From NCBI RefSeq assembly GCF_004010195.1, contig NW_025215300.1, forward strand, positions 50,855 to 87,961: a DNA stretch of 37,107 bases, given 5' to 3'. Positions 11,586 to 24,254 of the stretch are shown piece by piece; the stretch's first letter is position 1; each line of letters starts with the position of its first letter. Both the position numbers and the translations under genes were made by a program. Source of the stretch: Chiloscyllium plagiosum (lineage: Eukaryota). The notes under the pieces are model-generated. The model saw only the letters and a program-made list of their open reading frames with translations. It was not told the DNA's origin and searched no databases.

Positions 11586-12119
11586 TAGGTATGTCCACAT
11601 ACTGAATCAGAAAATTTTCTTGTACAAATTCCTCTCTATCTAAACCTTTAACACTATGGCAGTCCCAGTCGATGTTTGGAAAGTTAAAATCCCCTACCAT
11701 AACCACCCTATTATTCTTACAGATAGCTGAGATCTCCTTACAAGTTTGTTTCTCAATTTCCCTCTGACTAGTGGGGGGGTCTATAATACAATCCCAATAA
11801 GGTGATCATCCCTTTCTTGTTTCTCAGTTCCACCCAAATAACTTCCCTCGATGTATTTCTGGGGATATCCTCCCTCAGCACAGCTGTAAAGCTATCCCTT
11901 ATCAAAAACACCACTCTTCTCCTCTCTTGCCTCCCTTTCTATCCTTCCTGTAGCATTTGTATCCTGGAACATTAAGCTGCCAGTCCTGATATCCCTGAGC
12001 CATGTTTTTGTAATTGCTATGATATCCCAGTCCCATGTTCCTAACCATGCCCTGAGTTCATCTGCCTTCCCTGTTAGGCCCCTTGCATTGAAATAAATGC
12101 AGTTTATCAGTCCTACCTT

Positions 12120-13150
12120 AACATAGAACATTCCAGCGCAGTACAGGCCCTTCGGCCCCTCGATGTGGAACCAACCTGAAGCCCAGCTAACCTACACCAT
12201 TCCATTCTCCTCCATGTGCCTATCCAATGACCATTTCAATGCCCTTAAAGTTGGTGCGTGTTGCAGGCAGGGTGTTCCACGCCCCCTACTACTCTCTGAG
12301 TAAAGACACGACCTCTGACGTCTGTCCTATATCTATTACCCCCTCAATTTAAAGCTATGTCCCCTCGTGATAGCCATCACCATCTGAAGAAAAAGGCTCT
12401 CTCTCTGATGTCTCAATTAAGTCGCCTCTCAACCTTCTTCTAACGAGAACAGCCTCAAGTCCCTCAGCCTTCCCTCCGTGCCAGGCAACATCCTGGTAAA
12501 TCTCCTCTGAACCCTTTCCAAAGCTTCCACATCCTTCCGATAACGCGGTGACCAGAACTGTACACAATACTTCAAGTGCGGCCGCACCAGAGTTTTGTAC
12601 AGCTGCAACATGACCTCGTGGTTCTGAAATTCAATCCCTCCACCAATAAACGCTAATACACTGTAAGCTTTTTAACAACCCTGTCAACCTGGGTGGCAAC
12701 TTTCAGGGATCTATGTACCTGGACACCGAGATCTCTCTGCTCATCTACACTACCAAGAATCTTACCATTAACCCAGAACTTTGCATTCCGGTTACTCCGA
12801 CCAAAGTGAATCACCTCACACCTTTCCGCATTAAACTCCATTTGCCACCTCTCAGTCCAACTCTGCAGCTTATCTACGTCTGTCTGTAACCTACTGGATG
12901 AATCTTAGTATCGTCTGCAAATTTACTAACCGATCCTTCGACACCTTCATCCAGGTCGTTTATAAAAATGACAAACAGCAGTGGCCCCAAAACAGATCCT
13001 TGCAGCACATCATCTCCTGCAACTGAGCTCCAGGATGAATACTTCCCATCAACACTACCTTCTGTCTTCTTTCAGCTAGCCAATTTCTGATCCAAACCGC
13101 TAAATTACGCTGAATCCCAGAATTCTGTGCAGTTGCCTACAGTGGGGAAC
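12120..13150 (-). mobile_element. Second CR1 (3' part, different subfamily) inserted between ORF1 and ORF2 of the host CR1
   Basis: Has its own tail (AACATAGAAC...) at 12120 and RT C-terminal remnants (MEFNAERCEVIHFG; LYKTLVRPHLKYCVQFWSP) duplicating those at 9859-10290. Confidence 0.85.
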
Positions 13151-14635
13151 TTTGTTCTCTATTTTATCCCTGCCTGCCCTGACTGTTTGACTCACTTCTG
13201 TTCTCAGCTGTACCCATCTCAGATTGATCTCTTTCCTCACTATCTCCCTGGGTCCCACCCCCCCCAACTTATTAGTTTAAATCTTCCTGAGCAGCTCGAG
13301 CCTGTATATGAGTCCCCTTCCAATTCAGGTGCAATCCATCCTTGTACAGGTCACTTCTACCCCAAAAGAGATTCCAATGATCCAAAAATGTGAATCCTTT
13401 TCCGATACACCAGCTCCACAGCCATGCATTCATCTGCTCTATCCTCCTATTCCCGCCCTCACGAGCTCGTAGCACTGGGAGTAATCCAGATATTACTACT
13501 CTCGAGGACCTCCTTTTTAAATTCCTGCCTAACTCTCTGTAAACTCCCTTCAGAAATTCAACCTTTTCCCTTCCTATATCGTTGGTTCCAATGTGGACAA
13601 TGACCTCCTGCTGGCTCCTCTCACCCGTGAGAACATTCTTCACCCTCTCTGAGACATCCTTGATCCTGGCACGAGGGAGGCAACACCATTGTGATTTTTC
13701 GCTGCTGGCTACAGAAATGTCTGTCTGTGCCTCGGACTAGAGAGTCCCCTAACACAATTGATCTCTTGTAACCCGACGCACCCCCTCATTGCATAGGAGC
13801 CAGTCTCAATACCAGAAACTTGGCTGTTAGTGCTACACTCCCCTGAGAGTCCATCACCCCCTGCATTTTCCATAACATCACACTTGTTTGAAATGGGGAT
13901 AGCCACAGAAGACTCCTGCACTACCTACCTCTCTTACCCATCTGTGTGACTGTATTTGTGGCTTTTCCCCCTTCCTATAACTGCCATCCCTCACATCCAC
14001 TTGGGTCTTGTAAATTCCCAATTGCCTCTAACTGTCGCTCCAACCGATCCATTAGAACTGATTGGATTCGCAACCAAAGACATTTATTGCAGATCCAATT
14101 CTCAGTAACCCTCTCCCACATCTGATAAGAAGAGCATATCACTCTACTAATGGCCATTTTGCTCCTTCCAAACTACAGATCCAGAAAATAGCACTGTTTC
14201 AATGCTCTAAAAAACACTGCTCCAGGCTAGCGTAATACTTAAGGCTTATAAGAGACAGATCTCAGTAAAACATACAATCAAGAAAGAACCCACTGTACTC
14301 ACTATTGTAGATTTACAGCAAGGCTACACTTAAAACTCTTCATGTTTCTGTGCTGTGACCTCTCCCAAACAAGCTCCTTCAAGATCAGTTGTGAATTTCG
14401 CTGTTAGATTTCCTCGGCGCACTCTGATGTCCAGCGATCCATGAATTCAGACAGCAAAGGCAAATTCAAAGCTGGGTCAGTTTTCTCTCCCTCCTTCACT
14501 GACCGTGCGCTGCCTGTTGTCTGTCCTTCTCCTTATAAGCCATTGTCTCTTACAAGACATAAGTATTAAGTTAGCCTGGAGCAGTGTTTTTTAGAACAAC
14601 GAGACGATGCTATTTTCTGGGTCTGTAGTTTGGCA

Positions 14636-15550
14636 TGTGGCTCAGTGGTTAGCACGGCTGCCTCACAGCACCAGGATCCCAGGTTCGATTCCACCCTCGG
14701 GTTACTGTCTGCGTGGAGTTTGCACATTCTCCCCGTGTCTGCGTGGGTTTCCTCCCACAGTCCAAAGATGTGCAGGTCAGGGTAAATTGACCATGGTAAA
14801 TTGCCCATAGTGTTAGGTGCATTAGTCAGATGGAAATGGGTCTGGGTGGGCTACTCTTCGGAGGGTCAGTGTGGACTGGTTGGGCCGAAGGGCCTGTTTC
14901 CACGCTGTAGAGAATCTACAGTGTGGGCGGCACGGGGGGGTTAGCACTGCTGCCTCACGGTACCAGAGACCCAGGTTCAATTCCCACCTCGGGCAACTGT
15001 GTGGAGTTTGCACGTTCTCCCCGTGTCTGCGTGGGTTTCCTCCGGGTGCTCTGGTTTCCTCCCACAGTCCAAAGATGTGCAGGTCAGGTGAATTGGCCAT
15101 ACTAAATTGCCCGTAGTGTTAGGTAAGGGGTAAATGTAGGGGTATGGGTGGGTTGCGCTTCGGCGGGTCGGTGTGGACTTGTTGGGCCGAAGGGCCTGTT
15201 TCCACACTGTAATGTAATCTAATCTAAAAAAAACTGTCTGTGTGCAGTTTGCATATTCTCCCCATGTCTGCGTGGGTTTCTTCCGGGTGCTCCGGTTTCC
15301 TCCTACAGTCCAAATATGGGGAAGTTAGAGTGAATTGGCCATGCTAAATTACACATAGTGTTCAGGGATGTGCAGGTTAGGGTGGATTGGCCGTGCTAAA
15401 TTACCCATAGTGCTCAGGGATGTGCAGGTTAGGGTGAATTGCCCGTTGTGTTAGATGTAGGGGAACAGGTCTGGGTGGGTTGCTCTTCGGAGGGTCGGTG
15501 TAGACTTATTGGGCCGAAGGGCCTGTTTCTGCGTTGTAAGTAATCTAACC
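14636..15550 (+). mobile_element. Head-to-tail cluster of three HE1-like SINEs (~14636-14915, ~14926-15228, ~15234-15550)
   Basis: Three successive cores, each ending in GGGCCGAAGGGCCTGTTTC...; the third lacks the tRNA head. Confidence 0.88.
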
Positions 15551-17044
15551 TCTCTTTTGAAAAGTGCCCTTTGGAGGGAAAAAAAGTCAAAACAAAGTTC
15601 CAACACAATGCAACAACACCTAAAATTACTATTGCTTGAATAATCTTAGCTTCCCCCCCACCATCCCTGGCACTGTTCAGTCAAAGGGAGCTGTGATTGC
15701 ATTGGATGGGAAAGGAAGGGTTTGAAGGAGCAGGAAGTGAAGATCTGGGAAATAAGTGCGCACAACTGAAATAAGCCCATGCCTGGACGGGAGAAAAGAT
15801 GAGGTTTGTTTTATTTATTTTTTAAAAAAGTGGAAAAAATGAAAGGTGTTAAGAGACAGCCAAACATGTTTGTTCCAACCCAATTCCAAAATGACACACC
15901 ACAAACCTCGAGAATATGTGAATAAGCAGCTCAGCTCCCCAACTTCACCCAGCAGGACGTTTCAGGGAAGTTACCGCTACCTCCTGCCCCCCCTGCTTCA
16001 TCCAGCAAGAGGGGAAGCCCCACGAATCCTGCCCAGCGCTCGGTACGTCCTCTCCACACCTCATTTGCTATGCAGTTTCAGGAAGACCGGGGAACGGGAC
16101 ATCGGTGACACCATCGCCAGGTTCATGCACTGGGAGCTCACCAATCCACTCGGATCTGGAAAGCAAGGGGGTTTTCCAGGGAGTCCTAAGCCTCCATTCA
16201 TCAGGACACTGGCAAGAATGCCAAATTTATACCTTGAAGTAAAAAGGGGGGGAATGATTAGTTGCCCAGTCAACATTGATTCGGGGAGCCTATCGCTCCC
16301 CATTGGTTCCTCTGTAACAATGGTGTAAGCCAATCAGAATTGGCACATCAACCAATCGGCACCTTTGCCTGCAGCAGCAGTAGCTCCCTTGGGGAATCTG
16401 GCACTCTTGCAATTGGTCCTGATGAGAGCAAGACAGGGAAAAAAACCCCTTCAATTCTTTTGAAGAGGGGGTCCCAAATTGAACAAGAGGTTGGGGGGGG
16501 GGGGCTTCATTTCCACACATCTAGTTTTAATCCACTGCATTAGAGTGAACACAGGGGAAAGAACGAGTGTGACAGGTTTAGCTTCCTGACCTCTCATGAC
16601 AACAGGAGGAACAAGAGGGGAGAGTACAACTCTAACCGGGAGTCAGTGCTCGACAGGGGCAAAATTGGACCACTCAAAACAGAGGAGGGAGGAGACTGCT
16701 TCCAACTGAGTGGTGTCAGTTCCTCTACTACCCTGTAAGAACAGCTCAAAGTGTCTGCTCTCAACCAGCTCACACTCCCCCTGTGTCAGACTGCCACCTC
16801 CTGGCATAAAGGCTGCACTGCCACTAGAAGAAGCTGATGTCACAGCTGAAGGGGAGGAAAAAAGGCAGTGTGAGGTATTCCCCTCTCTGCTATCTGCCTC
16901 CCCTACCCACTGCCCCGCCTGCTCTTGACTCAAACAAAAAAGGAGAGAGATAGGAAAAGAAAAAAGAGAGAAAAAAGAAGAGAGAAAAAAGAAAAGGGGG
17001 GGGGGGGGGAAGAGAGAGAGTTCAAAAAGAAAAGTGAGGTGACA

Positions 17045-17268
17045 ACTTTTTTCCCCCCGCAGAGAGTGGTAGAAGTCTGTAATGCGCTGCTCGGGGGTGG
17101 GGGGAGGATAAAACAATAGGGGCATTTAAGAGACTTTTGGATAAGCACTTAGATGTGCAAGGTATGGAGGGTTATGGACCAAGGGCAGGCAGAAGTGATT
17201 AATTTAATTTGGCATAACGTCATGGGCCAAAGGGCCTATTCCAGCACTGTACTGGTCTATGATCTATA
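17045..17268 (+). mobile_element. CR1 3' end fragment
   Basis: QRVVEVCNAL...GAFKRLLDKH-like remnant plus tail GGGCCAAAGGGCCTATTCC...TCTATGATCTAT. Confidence 0.75.
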
Positions 17269-17554
17269 TACAAAGTATATTGCTCTCTAAGGAATCATAA
17301 GCATCAAGGCATCAAATTCCTTTCTTGTCAACCTTTTTACTCCCTCAAGTTTGAGGGAATCAAGGTAATGTACAAATTTGGCACTTGCATCCAACTTGTA
17401 ATTTGTACCTAAAGTAATCACAGCTCATTGAATTTAACAGCTGCTTTGATAATTTGCCCGCTTACCCAAGCCAGCTCAGAATAAAGCATACAATCTTAAT
17501 AATGAAACCAAGTGATTATGCTCTTCGCATTAAAATTTGCAAATGTTATACCTA

Positions 17555-18010
<456 letters not shown>

Positions 18011-19206
18011 TCATTGATATTTGGAAGAATTCAGATCAGTGACCATTTATCAAAACTAAAGCTTGCCAATATCATAATGCAATTTTTGTTATTATAACAT
18101 GGTCACAGGAGTTGATCATTTCGCCTCAAAAGCCTGTTCTACCCTTCAACGAAGTTATGGCTGATCTGCAACATAACACTAAATACACACTTTTACCCCA
18201 TTTCCCCAACCTAAATTCAAAAATGATATATTTCTTTACATTTCAAACATCTAAAAGTCTGCAAATGGTAATAAACTTGGTGCATAAAAGACTAATTTCA
18301 CTCCTGAACTTAAAGTCACATGTTTTCACGGTTTATACCCATTATTCCAACACTCCCTTAAAAGAGGATATAAGCTTCTCCAAATCTACTTAAAATGCTC
18401 CCCCTCATACCTTGAGAGATTCCATGGTCTCACCCCAACTTTCTGAATTCCAAGTTATACAACCCTTGTTTCTTTAACCTCTTTTCATAGCTTAAGCCAT
18501 AGAGTCTATGCACAATTAAATTTAGGCAGTTCGCCCTCACCCCGAAGCCAATACATCCTTCCTATGTTTTGTACCAGGAGTGGGGATACTCTACTGGATC
18601 AAAATTCGTATAGAAGGTGACCTGCAGTTTTGGCAATTATTTCAGCCTGCCACTTCTAACGTTGTTCCAGCCATCTTGGTGTTTCCACACACACTTTACC
18701 TTCAGGTCCACCTCTTATTATTAACAATGGTGAGCTTTCCAATGTTTTGGGATGTCTATCCTACATCCTGAGCATCTCAAGACATCACTTGGTCTTACTT
18801 TGGTGTGCGTGTCTCTGTGTGTATAGGTACATAATATACATGGGACCGAAAGCTTTGTAGGGAGAGAGAGTTTATGCATATATTGTGCCTTTTTCATTGA
18901 GAAATGTTTAAGAAGACTGTCTACCCCGGAATTCCCAGTGGCAACGTCCTGACCAAAATCAGCCTACCTGCCTGATCGGAGATTAGCTAACTGATTAACA
19001 GATTCAGCTACAACTTCATTCCAACCACTCAGCACCTATTTCTCACATCTATTGGTGCTGTTCCAAAGTTTAGTTTATGTCCTAGCCCTGATGAATTTAG
19101 ACCAAAAAGTTTTGACTCAGTCTCTTAGTATTGATTATGTTCTGTTCTACCAATTGAGAGAGAGAATACAGTATCCCTTCACTTATACAGAAAGCGCAGA
19201 GTCAAA

Positions 19207-20186
19207 NNNNNNNNNNNNNNNNNNNNNNNNNNNNNNNNNNNNNNNNNNNNNNNNNNNNNNNNNNNNNNNNNNNNNNNNNNNNNNNNNNNNNNNNNNNNNN
19301 NNNNNNNNNNNNNNNNNNNNNNNNNNNNNNNNNNNNNNNNNNNNNNNNNNNNNNNNNNNNNNNNNNNNNNNNNNNNNNNNNNNNNNNNNNNNNNNNNNNN
19401 NNNNNNNNNNNNNNNNNNNNNNNNNNNNNNNNNNNNNNNNNNNNNNNNNNNNNNNNNNNNNNNNNNNNNNNNNNNNNNNNNNNNNNNNNNNNNNNNNNNN
19501 NNNNNNNNNNNNNNNNNNNNNNNNNNNNNNNNNNNNNNNNNNNNNNNNNNNNNNNNNNNNNNNNNNNNNNNNNNNNNNNNNNNNNNNNNNNNNNNNNNNN
19601 NNNNNNNNNNNNNNNNNNNNNNNNNNNNNNNNNNNNNNNNNNNNNNNNNNNNNNNNNNNNNNNNNNNNNNNNNNNNNNNNNNNNNNNNNNNNNNNNNNNN
19701 NNNNNNNNNNNNNNNNNNNNNNNNNNNNNNNNNNNNNNNNNNNNNNNNNNNNNNNNNNNNNNNNNNNNNNNNNNNNNNNNNNNNNNNNNNNNNNNNNNNN
19801 NNNNNNNNNNNNNNNNNNNNNNNNNNNNNNNNNNNNNNNNNNNNNNNNNNNNNNNNNNNNNNNNNNNNNNNNNNNNNNNNNNNNNNNNNNNNNNNNNNNN
19901 NNNNNNNNNNNNNNNNNNNNNNNNNNNNNNNNNNNNNNNNNNNNNNNNNNNNNNNNNNNNNNNNNNNNNNNNNNNNNNNNNNNNNNNNNNNNNNNNNNNN
20001 NNNNNNNNNNNNNNNNNNNNNNNNNNNNNNNNNNNNNNNNNNNNNNNNNNNNNNNNNNNNNNNNNNNNNNNNNNNNNNNNNNNNNNNNNNNNNNNNNNNN
20101 NNNNNNNNNNNNNNNNNNNNNNNNNNNNNNNNNNNNNNNNNNNNNNNNNNNNNNNNNNNNNNNNNNNNNNNNNNNNNNNNNNNNNN
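19207..20186. other. Assembly gap (980 N)
   Basis: N run. Confidence 1.
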
Positions 20187-20334
20187 TTCACCAATGGTAT
20201 GTCCTCCTGCTGACCTAGCACAAAGGGGGTTGCCCCTGAGAGTCCAGTCGAGGTAATGCCTAGTCCATGCTTGCAGTTACCAAGGGAAAGGCAAGGAGGG
20301 CATAGAGAGAAGCATACGAAGTGGAGATAGACCG

Positions 20335-20445
20335 AGATAGAGAGAGAGAGAGAGTGTGTATGTCTGGAGGGGGGCTGCAGTCCAGAGAGAGAGAGGAAGA
20401 GAGAGAGAGAGAGACAGAGGAAAGAGAGAGACAGAGAGAGAGAGA
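20335..20445. repeat. (GA)n-rich microsatellite in the presumptive STARD7 3' UTR or flank
   Basis: Interrupted GAGAGA runs. Confidence 0.85.
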
Positions 20446-20931
20446 AGGATGCTGCGTGTACGAAATAAAAACGCAAAAACTTCACATTGCAATGAAGTGC
20501 TTCACTCTTGCCACACCCGTCCCCCTCAAACCCACTCGGAGACAATTCCGGAAAAATTCAAGTTTGCCGACCGCGGACTCAACCTGGGATCTCGGCTGGA
20601 CTCGTCGATGACAGAAGCAGCGCGCCGGTTAGTGCGGAGAGAGGTGGGTGTTGTTTTTAGCTTTAATTCTTCAAGCTTTGTGGACAAACGCGACTCTTGG
20701 CAGCCTTCACCCACACCACCCCCCCAACCCCTCCAGCTGGCTGGCGCCTCCTGATGGCCTTTCCCAGAAACACAGGTGCAATTCTCCCCCGGGAGGCAGC
20801 CCTGTAAAATCCTGGAGGGGCGGGCTCTGACCCTTGGAACCCTTCCCCACCTCTTCACCTCCACCCCCCCTCCCCTCCCCTCTCCCCAGGCATCCAGCAC
20901 CCCCCCTCCCCCACAGTGGAGGCAGGAACCC

Positions 20932-21107
20932 CTAGGCGTAGTCCATCTGCTGGGAGCTGCAGTTTTTCTCCTGCCTGTCAGTGTTCGTCAGTTGCTTGGA
21001 GTCTGGGCTCTCGGGGGTCCGGCCGCTGATGTAGTCTTTCACCTTGATTTCCATGTTCCTCGCCCGGACGGCGGCTGTGTGCAGTTTCTCCAGGAAGTCG
21101 GGCATGC
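20932..21107 (-). CDS. STARD7: StAR-related lipid transfer protein 7, last coding exon (exon 8)
   Basis: Acceptor tacacag|GC ATG; (G)MPDFLEKLHTAAVRARNMEIKVKDYIS...QQMDYA* matches the recalled vertebrate STARD7 C-terminus (MPDFLEKLH...NMEIKVKDYIS...IEYA). Confidence 0.92.
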
Positions 21108-21409
21108 CTGTGTACACACAGAAAGGATCACCCATGTCAGAACGCCACTGCGGAGGGCGCGGCACTATCCCCCCAACGTGTACTGGTGGGGGGGGGGGGG
21201 GGGGGGGGCACGGCGCAGGGAGAGGCCAATCAGCCCATCGGACTCCACGCTGGCCCTCTCCCTCAAGAGTTTACGTCCTCCCTCGTCCGAGTTCCCTCCA
21301 CCGGATCGCTCCCCCACAACAGGCTGGGCACCCTATGGAGGCCCCGCCTGCCTTTCTGGGGCACCGGGACAAAGCACAGGCAGACTGTGCCAGCTGGAGT
21401 GACCTGCCA

Positions 21410-21818
21410 GAACACAGAACGTTACAGCGCAGTCCAGGCCCTCGATGCTGCGCCAACCTGTGGAGCCAATCTGAAGCCCATCTACCCAACACTGTTCCAT
21501 TATGATCCATATATTCACCCAATGACCATTTCAATGCCCTTAAAGTTGGCAAGTGTTGGTGGCAGGATGTTCCATGCCCCTACTACTCTCTGAGTAAAGA
21601 CACTACCTCTGACATCTGTCCTGTATCTATCACCCCCTCAATTTAAAGCTATGTCCCCTCGTGTTAGCCATCACCAACTGAGGGAAAAGGCTCTCACTGT
21701 CCACCCTATCGAACCGTCTGATTGTCTTATGTCTCTCGACCTTAGTGTCATCCGCAAATTTACTAAGCTACCCTTCTTCGCCCTCATCCAGGTCGTTTAT
21801 AAAAATGGCAAACAGCAT
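21410..21818 (-). mobile_element. CR1 3' fragments of the same subfamily as 12120-13150
   Basis: Near match to 12125-12400 (CAGCGCAGT.CAGGCCCT...AAAGCTATGTCCCCTCGTG) and to 12910-12975. Confidence 0.85.
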
Positions 21819-21827
21819 CCCCATCCT

Positions 21828-22549
21828 AAAAGGCAGGAACAGAGATTCAGAAGGGCCCGAGCTGCTAGATTAGGCACCCGACCTTGTGAGATTGCGACTG
21901 AGCTGAGCATCAGTGCTGCGGGACCGAAGGCTTGTCGCTTCAGTGTCACACTGGGCCTGAGCGGGGGAACCACCTCTCTCAAGAAAACGACGAACAAAGG
22001 GAGACCGCTCAGCCCGTCGAGCCTGCTCTCTGTTCGGTATTACCTCGGGTTTCAAAACCACCCTCCTACTCCATTCTCCTGGGGAATACAACATCCTGTC
22101 CCTCCCAGCTCGACACAAATTCAGCGATGGAGCGTTTACAAACCTCTGGGTGAACAGAACAGGACACAGGGCTCCAGAAAGTACCTCGCCAATGTCCTGT
22201 ACAACCCCAACAAAAGGCAGGAACAGAGATTCAGAAGGGCCCGAGCTGCTAGATTAGGCACCCGACCTTGTGAGATTGCGACTGAGCTGAGCATCAGTGC
22301 TGCGGGACCGAAGGCTTGTCGCTTCAGTGTCACACTGGGCCTGAGCGGGGGAACCACCTCTCTCAAGAAAACGACGAACAAAGGGAGACCGCTCAGCCCG
22401 TCGAGCCTGCTCTCTGTTCGGTATTACCTCGGGTTTCAAAACCACCCTCCTACTCCATTCTCCTGGGGAATACAACATCCTGTCCCTCCCAGCTCGACAC
22501 AAATTCAGCGATGGAGCGTTTACAAACCTCTGGGTGAACAGAACAGGAC
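21828..22549. repeat. Tandem duplication: two apparently identical 338-bp copies (21828-22165 and 22212-22549), period 384
   Basis: Identical ORF translations offset by 384 bp (21932..22153 versus 22316..22537). Confidence 0.95.
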
Positions 22550-22832
22550 CTCGCCAATTTCCTGTACAACCCCAACAGGACACAGGGCTCCAGGAGGAGA
22601 CTGGCAAATGTCCTGTACAAACTCAACATGTCGTCCCAACGCCTGTGCTCAAAGGTCTGAGCAATGAAGGCAAGCATGCTTAACGTCTTCTTAACCACCC
22701 TGTCTACCTATGGCACCGGCTTCAAAGAATGATGTACCTGAACCCCCCTTCCCCAGGTGTCTCGGTTCTCCAACCCTCCCCAGCGCTCTACGTCTAATTG
22801 TCCAAGTCCAGCAATACCATGCATTTATCCAA
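22550..22832 (-). mobile_element. CR1 RT fragment
   Basis: VVKKTLSMLAFIAQTFEHRRWDDMLSLYRTF remnant. Confidence 0.8.
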
Positions 22833-23159
22833 ATTAAAGAAAGATTGTAAAACACGAACTCTCCCCCCACCCCCAGGATTGTTTTCCGGCTTGCTTGTTT
22901 GCCCACACTCTGACAACAGAGGACTGCAGAGGGGGGCTGGAGATCGGAGAAACCCACAAGAAGAGAGACGCAGGGAGATTGCCTCGGCAGGTCCGGCAGC
23001 GAGGGAAAGCAGAGGTTCCTCGCCTCCGACTGAAGGGTGGGACTCGAAACGTCCAGCTCCACACACCTGCCGGGTCGCTACGGCAATTTCCAACAGCGGG
23101 CGTGGTTTCTGGCATCTCACCCACAAGTATCCCGTCGGCCCACGGTGCCCCACCCCCAC

Positions 23160-23510
23160 CATGTCTGTGTGGGTTTCCCCCCACAATCCAGCGATGTGCA
23201 GGTTAGGGTGGATTGGCTGTGCTAAATTACCCATAGTGCTCAGGGATGTGCAGGTTAGTGAGGATTGGCCACGCTAAATTACTAATAGTGCTCAGGGATG
23301 TGCAAGTTAGGGTGGATTGGCCGTGCTGAATTACCCATAGTGCTCAGGGATGTGCAGGTTAGGGTGGATTGGCCGTGCTAAATTACCCATAGTGCTCAGG
23401 GATGTGCATGTTAGGTGCATTAGTCAGGGGTAATGGGTCTGGGTGGGATACTCTTCAGAGGGGTGGTGTGGACTTGTGGAAACCGAAGGGCCTGTTTCCA
23501 CACTGGAGGC
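23160..23510 (+). mobile_element. 5'-truncated HE1-like SINE with about 4 internal 52-bp tandem units
   Basis: GATGTGCAGGTTAGGGTGGATTGGCCGTGCTAAATTACCCATAGTGCTCAGG repeated. Confidence 0.88.
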
Positions 23511-23867
23511 GATTCCAATTCTAATTCGAATTCAGGCACAAAGGGTTTTGTTGTTGGGCAGGCTACCAGCAAATGGATGGAGGACACCCCCCCCCCCCCC
23601 CCCCACAACCCTCCAAATCTCATGACGACAATGAGGGGAGACAGACACGACCTTGACTGTGAGAGTGTGGTCAACACCGCGCTGGCATGACGCCCACTGA
23701 CCAGAATGTTTGGGGGGGAAAACAGGGAGCTGGGATACTGCACAACGCCATCACCTCCCCCCCCCACCCCCAACCCACCACCCAGAGACAGCGCTCCCGC
23801 GCATGGGGAGGGAACACGGCTTCTCCGGGAATGGGTGACCCGTGCCGCGGCCGGCCCGTCAGCTTAC

Positions 23868-23952
23868 CGCTGGACACCATCCAACTGACGCAATAGCGAG
23901 GGAACACTGTCTGGGGGTCGTCGCTGTAGGTGAGCAGGTAGTCAAAGCCGTT
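23868..23952 (-). CDS. STARD7: STARD7 exon 7 (85 nt)
   Basis: tttcag|NGFDYLLTYSDDPQTVFPRYCVSWMVSS(G)|gtaag. Confidence 0.95.
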
Positions 23953-24254
23953 CTGAAAGTCAAGAGACCGACAGGGGGGGGTAAAACGGTGAACGCTGCC
24001 TCATTCCAGTTACAACCGGCTCGACGTAAACGCAGCGTGCGGCCCCACCCACCCGGACGCGGATCGATCGGCCAGCCACCCGCTCCTATTCCACAGTGAG
24101 CAGCTCACCCTCAGCCTGGTACCTCCCAGCGACAGACCTTACCTTTCAAAAGGAATCCTGTCGATTTTTTTTTTGTTTTTTACACAGATGCACTACCACA
24201 CGTGGGGAACATTCCACCCGGACGCAACGTGGCTTGGGTACGGGAACTGGATCA

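Larger units (their letters stand above)
9600..14540 (-). mobile_element. Near full-length decayed CR1 LINE (5'UTR, ORF1 with Cys motif and SGNH esterase, ORF2 endonuclease and RT), interrupted by a gap and a nested CR1
   Basis: ORF1 remnants: ICSSYQMWE...WICNKC (13975-14157) and VHIGTNDIG...VVISGLLP...DGLHLN (13272-13643). EN: CIYFNARGL (11892-12131). RT: PGNYRPVSLT...LDFSKAFDKVPH (10671-11171) and [11 protein letters not shown]...FADD (10359-10613). Multiple frameshifts. Confidence 0.9.

Noticed and set aside
16061..16928. Possible exons of DBNL, DUSP2 or further IGF2BP3 exons in ORFs 16061..16333 and 16643..17125
   Set aside because: No recognisable SH3, phosphatase or KH motifs; part overlaps a repeat relic.
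19052..20545. Long ORFs containing X runs (also 24397-25247)
   Set aside because: They are open only because they cross N gaps.
21651..22667. 338-aa ORF with an internal repeat
   Set aside because: Its length comes from a 384-bp (multiple of 3) duplication flanked by antisense CR1; no protein motifs.
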